In this document: in pieces, positions 10,293-18,765 of the stretch
Layout: every line of letters begins with the position of its first letter
How positions within the stretch are numbered: position 1 is the stretch's first letter
DNA from: an uncultured Actinomycetota bacterium
GTDB lineage: Bacteria; Actinomycetota; Actinomycetes; Streptosporangiales; Streptosporangiaceae
DNA: 64,000 nucleotides
Assembly (NCBI GenBank): GCA_963726425.1
Contig: CAVSCN010000024.1
Location: forward strand, 74,701-138,700
Reading direction: 5' to 3'
Notes under the pieces: model-generated
What the model was told of the DNA's origin: nothing
Databases searched by the model: none
Seen by the model: only the letters and a program-made list of their open reading frames with translations
Position numbers and translations under genes: made by a program

Positions 10293-11851
10293 ATTTCGAG
10301 CCGACCGCGGCCCGGCGCGGGAGCGCCGCCCGGCACGTCCCCGACGGCATCATCCTGGCGATCGCCTGCGTGGCGCAGTTCATGGTCGTGCTCGACGTGT
10401 CCATCGTGAACGTGGCCCTGCCCTCCATCGGCCGCGACCTGCACTACACGCCGTCCGGGCTGCAATGGGTGGTCAACGCGTACGTGCTGACGTTCGCGGG
10501 CTTCCTGCTGCTCGGCGGGCGGGCCGCGGACCTGTTCGGCCGCCGCCGGGTGTACCTGTTCGGCCTCGGCCTGTTCACGGTCGCGAGCCTGGCGGGCGGC
10601 GTGGCCCAGGACTCGACCTGGCTGACCGCGGCCAGGGCGGTCCAGGGCGTCGGCGGCGCACTGCTGTCGCCGGCCACGCTGACGATCATCGTGACGACGT
10701 TCGCGCCGCGAGCGGCGGGCCTGGGCGCTCGGGCATCTGGAGCGCCGTCGCCGGCGCCGGCGGTGCCGCCGGGTCGATCCTCGGCGGCGTGCTGACCTCC
10801 GCGCTGTCCTGGCGCTGGGTGCTGTTCGTCAACATCCCGATCGGCCTGGCCGGGATCGCCGCCGGCCTGATCTGGCTGACCGAGTCGCGCGCGCGACCGG
10901 GTCCCGCAGCCAGCTGACGGCGCGGCCGCCCAGGCAGCGCCCGGTCCGGCCGCGCTGGACGTCATCGGCGCCGTCGCGGTGACGCTCGGGCTCGGGACGC
11001 TGGTCTACGCGATCGTCGGGACCGAGACCCATCCGTGGGGATCGGCTTACACGCTGTGGCCTGCTGGCCGTCGCGGCCGTCCTGCTCGCCGCGTTCGCGG
11101 TCATCGAGCTGCGGGTCGCCCGCACGCCGCTGGTCCCGCTTCGGGCTGTTCCGGTCCCGCTCGGTGACCGGGCGCCAACACGGTGATGTTCCTGGTCGGG
11201 GCCGCGTTCTTCTCGATGTGGTACTTCCTGTCGCTCTACCTGCAGAACGTCCTCGGCTACAGCGCGCTGCGAGCGGGCCTGGCGTTCCTGCCGATGGCCG
11301 TCAGCATCATCCTCGGCGCCCAGACCAGCGCGCGGCTGCTGCCGCGCACCGGCGTCCGGCCGTTGCTGCTGACCGGTACGCGCGCTCGGCGCCGGTCGGC
11401 TTCGCCTGGCTGTCCCGCATCGAGCCTGGACTCCTCGTACTGGCAGCACGTGTTCGGGCCCGGCTTCCTCATCGCGCTGGCGCTCGGCTTGCTGTTCACG
11501 CCATTGGCCGCGGCGGCCACGGCGGGCGTCTCGTTCTCCGAGGCGGGCCTCGCGTCGGGCGTGCTGAACACGTCGCGGCAGATCGGCGGCTCGCTCGGGC
11601 TGGCGATCCTCGCCACGATCGCCACCGACCGCACCCACGCGCTGCTGGCTACCGGACGCGGCGGGAGCAGCGCGACGGCGACCGCGCTCGACGACGGCTA
11701 CGCCAGGGCATTCGAGGCGGCAGCGGTGCTGACCCTGGCGGCGTTCCTGGCCTCGTTCGTCGTGCCCGCGATCCGCAGCCGGCGAACGGCGGCGGCCGTG
11801 GCCGGCGACCAGGCCAGGCAGCCGGAAGCCAGCGACGCCGCGCACCGGTAA
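10286..11851 (+). pseudogene. DHA2 (EmrB/QacA-type) MFS efflux transporter, at least 6 frame changes
   Basis: The homolog-like sequence hops between five ORFs. 10286.. gives FMVVLDVSIVNVALPSIGRDLHYTPSGLQWVVNAYVLTFAGFLLLGGRAADLFGRRR. 10465.. gives IWSAVAGAGGAAGSILGGVLTSALSWRWVLFVNIPIGL. The other pieces are 10979.., 11035.. and 11183..11851 (FFSMWYFLSLYLQNVLGYSALRAGLAFLP...NTSRQIGGSLGLAIL). Confidence 0.85.
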
Positions 11852-11861
11852 TACCGCCACG

Positions 11862-11910
11862 TTCGTATATCGGTCAGCCGACCGATGTCTTTACGTGAAA
11901 GTTGCAGCAC
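11862..11910 (+). promoter_or_regulatory. Copy A of a recurring ~50-nt palindrome-containing element
   Basis: Sequence TTCGTATATCGGTCAGCCGACCGATGTCTTTACGTGAAAGTTGCAGCAC. It ends 35 nt upstream of ATG 11946. See the matching copies at 16995 and 24749. Confidence 0.5.
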
Positions 11911-11945
11911 TATTTCTAGTGCAATCGAGCAACGAGGTAGTTCCG

Positions 11946-12359
11946 ATGAACAAGACGGCGCCAGCCCGCCCACCGGTACAGCACTCGGTTTCCGTCTTAC
12001 TCCCGGCCGGGCCGGTGGCGGCGGCCGCGGCCCGGCGCTGCGTACGGACCGCGATCGAGTCCTGGGCGGTACCGGCCGATCCCTATGTGGCCGCGCTCCT
12101 GACGAGCGAACTGGTGACGAACGCCATCAGGTACTCGGGCCCGTCGGTCCGGCTGTTCGTCACCTGCTCGTGCGGCCACCTGCGGGTCTATGTGCACGAC
12201 ACGTCGCCCGAGTGGCCGGCGCCGCTGGCCGCACCGGCCGACGCCGAGGACGGCCGCGGCCTCATGCTGGTCGACACGCTCTCGACTGAGTGGGGCTGCC
12301 ACCGCACTTCGGCCGGCAAGGTCGTCTGCTTCACCCTCGCCCTGACCGACCCGGACTAG
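11946..12359 (+). CDS. HATPase_c anti-sigma-factor-like ATP-binding protein (RsbW/SpoIIAB-like)
   Basis: MNKTAPARPP...AARRCVRTAIESWAVPADPYVAALLTSELVTNAIRYSG...LRVYVHDTSPEWP...DGRGLMLVDTLSTEWGC is the usual N-box / G-box layout of the small ATP-binding proteins found in whiJ/abaA-type loci. The ORF track starts at GTG 11895, which lies inside motif copy A, so I prefer ATG 11946. Confidence 0.8.
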   Translation: MNKTAPARPPVQHSVSVLLPAGPVAAAAARRCVRTAIESWAVPADPYVAALLTSELVTNAIRYSGPSVRLFVTCSCGHLRVYVHDTSPEWPAPLAAPADAEDGRGLMLVDTLSTEWGCHRTSAGKVVCFTLALTDPD

Positions 12360-12375
12360 CCCCGGACGAGGCACG

Positions 12376-15277
12376 CTAGCTCTTCGCGATGGTCCGTAGC
12401 GCCGCCTCGCGCGCGATGTCCGTCCGCGATTGGACGTCAAGCTTCTTCAGTATGTGCGAGACGTGCGTGGCGACGGTGCGGCGGGAGAGGAACAGCTTCG
12501 CCGCGATGTCCGGGTTCGACAGGCCGCCCTGCACGAGCCCGGCGATCTTCGTCTCGGTGGGCGTGAGACTGTCCCAGCCACTGCGCACCTGCCGGTGCTT
12601 CGCCTGCGGGCCGCGGCGAATGCCGTGGCCGCGGAACTTCGCCTGCAACCGGGCGGCGTCCGCGGCCGCGCCGAGCGCGCCGTACAGCTCCAGCGCCCGG
12701 GTGAAGGCGGCACGCGCGCGGTCCCGGTCGCCCGCGGCGGCGAAACAGTCGGCCGCGGCCTCGCGCGCCTGCGCGCTGAGCAGCGGCCGGGTCGCGGCCG
12801 CGTACTGATCGGCGGCCGCCAGCAACCGGGCGGCGTCGCGGTCGACCAGACCGCGGCACATCAGCGCGTTCGCCTGGCGGCGCGGGACGTCGGACTGCGC
12901 CGCCAGCGCCTCCGCGCGGCCCGCGAGCACCTTCGCGGTGCTCAGGTCGCCCGCCTCGGTCGCCAGCCGCACCGCGTCGGCCAGCAGGTCCTCGATCTCC
13001 TCCAGTTCCTCCGCGTCTCGCCCGAACACGGCGGTCAGCACCGCCAGGGCTTCCGGGAGCGCGCCCGCCTGCTCGCGGTCGAGGCAGCGAGCCTGCGTCA
13101 GCGGCGGGATGACCCGGCTGCCGAACCGGCCGTCGTGCGGCGCCGTCGCCGCCAGGTGCCCGCGCGCTGCGCTGACGTCGCCGCGGTGGAAGCAGATCAC
13201 GGCCGCGGCGCCCAGGTCAGCGCAGGCGCAGGCCGGTTCCTTGAGGTCTTCGGGAACGGCCGTCACCTCAGCGAGGGCGTCGTCCCACTGCCCGGTCTCG
13301 AATAGCAGCTGGCCGAGCGCGCTGTGAGCCTGGGCCAGCCGGATCAGAGTGCCTGCCTGGTCGGCAAGCTGGCGCGCCTGCCTGGCCGCCGCGAGCGCGT
13401 CGGCATAGCGATTCAGGTCGCCCAGCATCACCGCCTGGTTGATCTGGAGCAGGATGCGCAGGTCGGTCAGCGTCGGATCAGCCTCGGTAACCGCGAGCGC
13501 TTGCTCGGACAGCGGCAGGGCGGCCGCCACGTTCCCCTGGACGGCAGTCACGTTCATGAGCACCATCAGCGCCCAGCCGGTCGCCCAGGTGTCGTCCGCG
13601 TCCGACGCCGCCGCCAGCGCCTCGGCAGCCCGCTGGCCGGCGTTCTCGACCTCACCGAGGCTGCTGTGAATCCGGGCTGTCAGCACCAGCAGCCGGGCCC
13701 GGTGCCGGCTGGAGATCCCGGTCGCGGACAGCGCGTCCTTAAGCATCGGCGATCGCCTCGGCGGACAGGCCCCGCAGGAGCAGGCTCTGCGCGATCGTCC
13801 AGCGCAGGTCGACGACCAGGTCCGGGTCCTCGGTCCGGGTGAGGGCCCGGCTCGCGACCTGCTCGGCCTCCTCAAACTTGCCGATCCGGAACAGCGCGTC
13901 GGCGAACCGTCCCACCAGCAGGTGGTGATGCGGATCATCGGTGCCGGTCGCCACGGCCTGGCGCAGCAGGTCGGCGGCCACCTGCGGCGCTCGCCCGATC
14001 AGCAGCTCGGCGGTGCCCGCGAGCCAGGTCAGCATCCAGTCGTCCATCGGATCGGCCGGGCCGCTGGCTCCGCCGACCGCCCACAGCAGCTGGCGGGCCA
14101 CCCGGTCGGCGGGCGCGCCCGCGGTCGCGAGGGCCCTGGCGGCGTCGCGGTGCCAGGCGGCCCGCAGCGACCGGGGCATCTCCTCATACAGGGCCGCCCG
14201 GATCAGCGGATGCCGGAACCCCAGGCCGCTGGCCGACTCGGCCAGCACGCCGGCGGCGCGCGCCTCGTCCAGCGCAAGGATCAGATCGGCGACGCCCCGG
14301 CCGAGGACGATGGCCAGGTCGGGCACGGCGAAGTCGACACCGAGCAGAGCCGCCGCGCGCACCACTTCGCGCACCGGACCGGAGACGAAGCCGAGCCGGT
14401 CCGCGATCGCCGCCGACAGCGAGTCCGGTGCGGAGCTGCTCGTCAGCTCGGCCGCGCCGGACTCGGTGACGGTCACGCTGCGGCTGCGGGTAAGCGCCGC
14501 GAACAGTTCGGTCAGGTAGAGCGGGTTCCCGGCGGCGCCGGTGGCCAGCCGGAGCAGCGTTTCGCCTGGCCTGCCGCCAGCCAGCGAGGTCACCAGCTCG
14601 GTTACCGCCGCGTCGTTCAGGCCAGGCAGCCGGAAGCGGAGAGTGTCGGGGGCCGCCCGGCGCAGTGCCACCACGTCCTCCCGCTGCGGCACCGGGCGCA
14701 TGGTGCCGACCAGCAGCAACGGCAACTGCGCCACCGACCGCGCCAGTCGCCCCCACAGCGTGACGGTCGCATGGTCAGCCCACTGGAGGTCGTCGATGAC
14801 CAGCACGGCCGGCCCGGCCGCGGCGCGCTCTGCGATCAGGGCCAGGATCTGCTCGCCGATGGCAGCCGAGACATCCGCACCCTGACCGGTCGCGAGCTCG
14901 CCGCGTAACAGCCTGACGATCGTCGCTCGTCTGGCGTCCGCCGACGGCTCGCGCACCCGTAGTGCGTCCAGCAGCGGGAGCAGCGGGAGGGCCTGCCCCA
15001 GCTCGTCCCCCGCACCCCAGAAGACCTGGCAGCCGAGATCTTCCGCCTCGGCGACGGCAGCGCGCATGAGTGCTGACTTGCCGATGCCTGGCTCGCCCTC
15101 GATCAGGACGGCGGCGCCGCGTCCACCGGCGAGACCCGACATCAGCCTGACCAGCGCGGTTAGCTCGCTGTCGCGGCCGACCAGCGCACGGGCCATGGTC
15201 GTGGTGGACACGGAGCGAACTTTACTCTCCGAAGATTCGGGCAACAAGTGGCTTATCGGTTTAAACCTCCGACGCAT
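12376..15277 (-). pseudogene. LAL-type (large ATP-binding LuxR) regulator split at 13739-13748 (frameshift, or two coupled ORFs)
   Basis: ORF 13739..15277 has an AAA/Walker A (VLIEGEPGIGKSALMRAA) and Walker B (VLVIDDLQWAD). ORF 12376..13938 has TPR-like repeats and a C-terminal LuxR HTH (LTPTETKIAGLVQGGLSNPDIAAKLFLSRRTVATHVSHILKKLDV). The junction reads ...AEAIAD-ATGCTTAA-GGAC. An alternative start is ATG 15196 (MARALVGRDSEL). Confidence 0.85.
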
Positions 15278-15552
15278 TTGCGATGTAACTGCGCTCTAGC
15301 CGACCGGAACGGCCTTGAATGAAACTTTCACAGTCACTTGCAGCACACGCATGCCGACATTTTCAATGCGAATTCCATGACCGGCACAAGAGCAAGAATC
15401 AGTCTCGTTTCAGTATTCCACTAATGGCATGTACCGGAGTCATAATGGCGGTATGAGGGAAACGGTTTCGGCTTAGCGAAGCAGGCAGCCGCGCCCGGTT
15501 CGCTGCGCCCAGCAGGCACCTGCTGACCTCGGGGAATGCCATGGAGGGACTC

Positions 15553-15717
15553 ATGCGCATCGGGCGAGCAATTCTTATCCCCGCAATTCTGGCGCTGAGC
15601 GCAGCCGGGACAGTAGTGGCCGGTTCCGCGATACCCGCAGCAGCCGCGCCGGTCGCTAGTGCACACGTGGCCACGCATGGCGCGTCGATGACGCCCTCTA
15701 TTTACTATTACGGCTGA
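15553..15717 (+). CDS. Candidate small secreted peptide (54 aa; not in ORF track)
   Basis: GGAGG (15543-15547) lies 5 nt before ATG 15553. The product is MRIGRAILIPAILALSAAGTVVAGSAIPAAAAPVASAHVATHGASMTPSIYYYG*. It has a Sec-type n/h/c signal with AxA sites (AAA/P or ASA/H), leaving a ~17-22 aa His/Tyr-rich tail. Codon third-position GC is only about two thirds, which is atypical for this window. It sits in a 0.75-kb lower-GC intergenic gap. Confidence 0.4.
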   Translation: MRIGRAILIPAILALSAAGTVVAGSAIPAAAAPVASAHVATHGASMTPSIYYYG

Positions 15718-16022
15718 CAGTTCTGCCGGCCGCCCGGCTCCTGGCGCCGGGTGCGGGCAGCGCACGGGCTTGCCGGTACTTCTTGCGGTCGCCTTTGCTC
15801 CGCTGCGATGCGGCTAGCGCGGACGTCCGCTGCCCGCCCGGCGCGGGCGCAGGGCCCTACGCTGACGCCCAGTTGCCCCATGATCTTGTCGAGAAAGTCA
15901 GCTTCAGCCTGACGGACTTCTACGCGATCATGCCGTGCCCCGCGCGGGTCTCAGGTTGCGCCAACTCGCACGGAGAGATGCAATGAGACTCTCAGGCACC
16001 GGCGGGAAGAAGGGATGCCGCG

Positions 16023-16922
16023 ATGGGCATGCCAGGGAGCCCCACTGTGCGGCGACGGCGGCTGGCGGCGGAGTTGCGGGCGATCAGGGAAGCCACCGGT
16101 AAAAGCGCGGACCGGGTCGCCGCCGCGCTGAAGTGGTCGCCCTCCAAGATCAGCCGGTATGAGCTCGCGCGCACCGGGCTGAAGCCGGACGACGTGGAGC
16201 GGCTGCTCGACCACTACGGCGTGACCGGACCGCACCGCGAATACCTGCTGAGCCTGGCCGCGGATGCCGCTCGTAAAGGCTGGTGGGAAGACTACGCCGA
16301 CGAGCTGTCGCCCGATTATCAGCAGTACATTGGCCTCGAGCACGAAGCCAGCACGGTGGATATCTGGCACGTCGAGGTCATTCCCGGCCTCTTGCAAACT
16401 CCGGCCTACGCCCGGCACATTGTCACTAACTACGGCCTGATTGAGCCCATCGCGCCGGGACTGATCGAGCGGCTCGTACGGGTGCGGATGCAGCGCCAGC
16501 TCGTGCTCACCCGCGAGCCGCGGGTACAGCTGTCGGTGGTGCTCGACGAGTCGATCCTGGGTCGCCGGATCGGCGCCGAGCATGTGATGTATGACCAGCT
16601 CATGCAGCTTGCCGAGCTCGCGACCAGACCGAACATCGAAATCCTGGTGCTGCCGCTCGGCGCGCAGCACACGGTGCTCGGGCAGGCCTTCGTGATCTTC
16701 CACTTTGACTCGGGATCCGACGCGGTGCTCCAGGATGTGGTCGCGAGCGAGCAGCTAAAGACCGTGTTTACCGTCGAAGGCGAGCAAGAGACCTATCTGC
16801 ACAGGCTCGTGTTTCAGTCGCTGGTCGGCGCATCACTGGATACGGCCGACTCCAGGGCGCTCATTATCGAAACCGCGAAATCAATGTGGTCGGATGATCG
16901 GGCTGGTCCGGAAAGCACCTGA
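16023..16922 (+). CDS. XRE-family HTH regulator with DUF5753-type C-terminal domain (WhiJ-like)
   Basis: Intact 299-aa ORF: PTVRRRRLAAELRAIREATGKSADRVAAALKWSPSKISRYELARTGLKPDDVERLLDHYGV...GWWEDYADELSPDYQQYIGLEHEAS...IPGLLQTPAYARHIV. This is the standard layout of actinomycete WhiJ-type regulators. No DUF397 partner follows it. Confidence 0.88.
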   Translation: MGMPGSPTVRRRRLAAELRAIREATGKSADRVAAALKWSPSKISRYELARTGLKPDDVERLLDHYGVTGPHREYLLSLAADAARKGWWEDYADELSPDYQQYIGLEHEASTVDIWHVEVIPGLLQTPAYARHIVTNYGLIEPIAPGLIERLVRVRMQRQLVLTREPRVQLSVVLDESILGRRIGAEHVMYDQLMQLAELATRPNIEILVLPLGAQHTVLGQAFVIFHFDSGSDAVLQDVVASEQLKTVFTVEGEQETYLHRLVFQSLVGASLDTADSRALIIETAKSMWSDDRAGPEST

Positions 16923-16994
16923 TGCTGCCTGCGGAGGCGTCCCCTGCCTAGCAACACGGCTAGGCGGCGGCGCGCGGGAGTACGACGGCCGCGC

Positions 16995-17044
16995 GGGATA
17001 TCCGTCAGCTGACCGATGTCTCTCAGCCGCAACTTGCATGAGAC
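16995..17044 (+). promoter_or_regulatory. Copy B of the recurring ~50-nt element
   Basis: Sequence GGGATATCCGTCAGCTGACCGATGTCTCTCAGCCGCAACTTGCATGAGAC. It lies between the XRE stop (16922) and the NOS stop (17389), and points toward the NOS 3' end. Confidence 0.5.
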
Positions 17045-17388
17045 TTGCCCTGCAAGCCCGCGGTACGTGCGCGTTTCCCTTGCCCCGCGGCTTATCTGGG
17101 TCCTAAGCCGTGCGCCGTGCCCTGCGGGTCAGCTGGCGGTGACCGCGGCCGAAGGGAGGACTGGTGCAGGTTGCCCAGCACGGCGACGCAGCCGGCGTCC
17201 CCCTGATCCGGGTTGTTCGTGAGGCAACCGGAGTGAGCCGGACGCGGGTACCGGGCCAGCCAGCTGACATCGGGCGCGTCCCGCGGGTAGTCAGCCTGCC
17301 CAGCGCCGCTCGGGCCCCCGGCCGCGCAGGCAGGCGATCCACCCCTCCGGGTCGTCCCTCGCGAGGGACTGGCCCTGCGGGACACGCC

Positions 17389-18612
17389 CTACTCGACGAG
17401 GTGATAGCGGTGCGGGCAGCCCGGCTCCAGCCTGGCGGGCGCCGGGTGCCGGTAGAAGTTCGGCGTCTGATCGAAGTCCCGGTAGTAGCGGTGGAAGACC
17501 GGGGTCGCGGACGCGGTCGCGGGCGGCACGATCCAGGTCCAGTCGGCCGGGCACGCCCGGCCGTGCCGTTCTTCCCGGTCAAGGTGCTGGAGAAAGCGGA
17601 CCGACTCAGTGTGGTGGTCGGTGATCGTGACCCCGGCGGCGCCGAACGAGTGCAGGACGGCGACGTTGAGCTCGGTCATCGCGCGGTCCTTCCACAGGTT
17701 CCTGTCGCTGCCGAGCGGGAGTCCCATGTGCGCGGCGATGACCGGCAGCTGCGCGTACCGGGCGGCGTCGCCGAGGTCGCGGGATCCAATCTCGGTGCAC
17801 ATGTACCAGCCGTTGAATGGCGCCGCCGGGTAGCGGACGCCGCCGATCTCTAGATACATGTCGCTGATCACGGGCACGGCGTACCAGCGCAGCCCCAGCC
17901 CGGCGAACCAGTCGAACTCCGGGTGCTCGATCGGCACCTCCAGGATCGCGTCAGCGGGGATCTCGTGCCGCGTCACCGGAGCGCCGGCCGCCTGTATCAG
18001 TAGCGGGAGCACGTCAAACCGGCCGCGCGACGACGGCCCGGTCCAGCCGAGTCCGGCGGCGAGCCGGGTTAGCTCGACGTTCGCCGGATCGCCGAGCACC
18101 GCGTCCCCGGTGGTCCGGTAGCCGGCATACCGGATCAGCTGCGAGCTGAGGATCCGCGGCCCCGGCCGGCCCGGCGCGTCCGGCGCGAACACGGTGATCA
18201 CCGGCCGGATCCGGCCGCCGTTCGCAGCCTCGCGCAGGTGCGCGACCGACTCGGCGGCGATGGCCGGCGCCGTATCGACGTCGCGCCGGTCCCGGACCTG
18301 CAGGCTCCGCCAGTAGAGCCGCCCGATGCAGCGCGAGCTGTTCCGCCAGGCGACCCGCGCCCCGAAGGCCAGTTCCTCCGGCACGTGCCAGTACGTGCCC
18401 GATGCTTCGATTTCACGACGTACGCTGCGTAGCCGCAGCTCGGGCGACCCGAGCGAGTTCTCGGCGTAGAACTGCCGGATGAATCCCTCGGCGCTGATCA
18501 GCAAGCCGCTGACGTCGGGCCGGTCAGCAGCGTCGACCGCGGGCCATCGCAGGCCCACCGCGATCCGACTGTGGTTCAGGTTCACGCAGACCTCCCGGCC
18601 AGGCTGAGCCAC
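17389..18612 (-). CDS. nos: Bacterial nitric-oxide synthase, oxygenase domain
   Basis: Intact 407-aa ORF with the heme-thiolate loop VAWRNSSRCIGRLYWRSL. Also present: RPVITVF, SSQLIRYAGY, RFDVLPL, WYAVPVISDM, APFNGWYMCTEIGSRDL, ITDHHT and ADWTWIVPP, which is a collinear match to the NOSoxy fold. There is no reductase domain. The exact start is uncertain (GTG 18612 or a downstream GTG). Confidence 0.92.
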   Translation of the reverse strand: MAQPGREVCVNLNHSRIAVGLRWPAVDAADRPDVSGLLISAEGFIRQFYAENSLGSPELRLRSVRREIEASGTYWHVPEELAFGARVAWRNSSRCIGRLYWRSLQVRDRRDVDTAPAIAAESVAHLREAANGGRIRPVITVFAPDAPGRPGPRILSSQLIRYAGYRTTGDAVLGDPANVELTRLAAGLGWTGPSSRGRFDVLPLLIQAAGAPVTRHEIPADAILEVPIEHPEFDWFAGLGLRWYAVPVISDMYLEIGGVRYPAAPFNGWYMCTEIGSRDLGDAARYAQLPVIAAHMGLPLGSDRNLWKDRAMTELNVAVLHSFGAAGVTITDHHTESVRFLQHLDREERHGRACPADWTWIVPPATASATPVFHRYYRDFDQTPNFYRHPAPARLEPGCPHRYHLVE

Positions 18613-18765
18613 GCGCCCGGCAGGCCAGCGACGAGCCGCCGGCTTGACCGAGCACCCTGGTTTCGTTCAGTGCCAGCCTGGCCGCTCGTCTTGCCGTCAC
18701 CTTGATGTGAACCTTGCACCGCAGGTCAGACCCGCTGGCCGGGGCGGGCGGCGGGTCGGGTGTCG

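Noticed and set aside
15290-15540. The lower-GC pockets (15290-15540, 22050-22320, 52715-52830) as insertion sequences, prophage remnants or integration sites.
   Set aside because: There are no terminal inverted repeats, target-site duplications, tRNA genes, integrase, transposase or phage-like ORFs in or next to them. They are more simply explained as promoter or intergenic DNA or decayed small genes.
17038-17106. The 22-codon ORF MRLALQARGTCAFPLPRGLSGS starting inside motif copy B. The similar MRLSVQV opening lies inside copy C, and MRLSGT at 15983.
   Set aside because: The shared ATGAGACT is part of the conserved DNA element. The downstream peptides diverge at once and have poor codon bias. 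In copy C a much better RBS-backed TTG start lies 60 nt further on.
17126-17230. A possible relic of a globin N-terminus after motif copy B: GTG 17164 gives VQVAQHGDAAGVPLI, compared with VAAHGDEVPLFF in the globin gene at 24.6 kb.
   Set aside because: Only about 8 residues match, and the match needs a gap. The similarity does not continue downstream. The opposite strand has an equal or better coding signal. That is too weak to call a pseudogene.
16922-17390. The DUF397 small protein expected after the WhiJ-like XRE gene.
   Set aside because: No frame on either strand shows the W-x-K-S-S-x-S ... C-V-E-V pattern. The locus lacks this usual partner.
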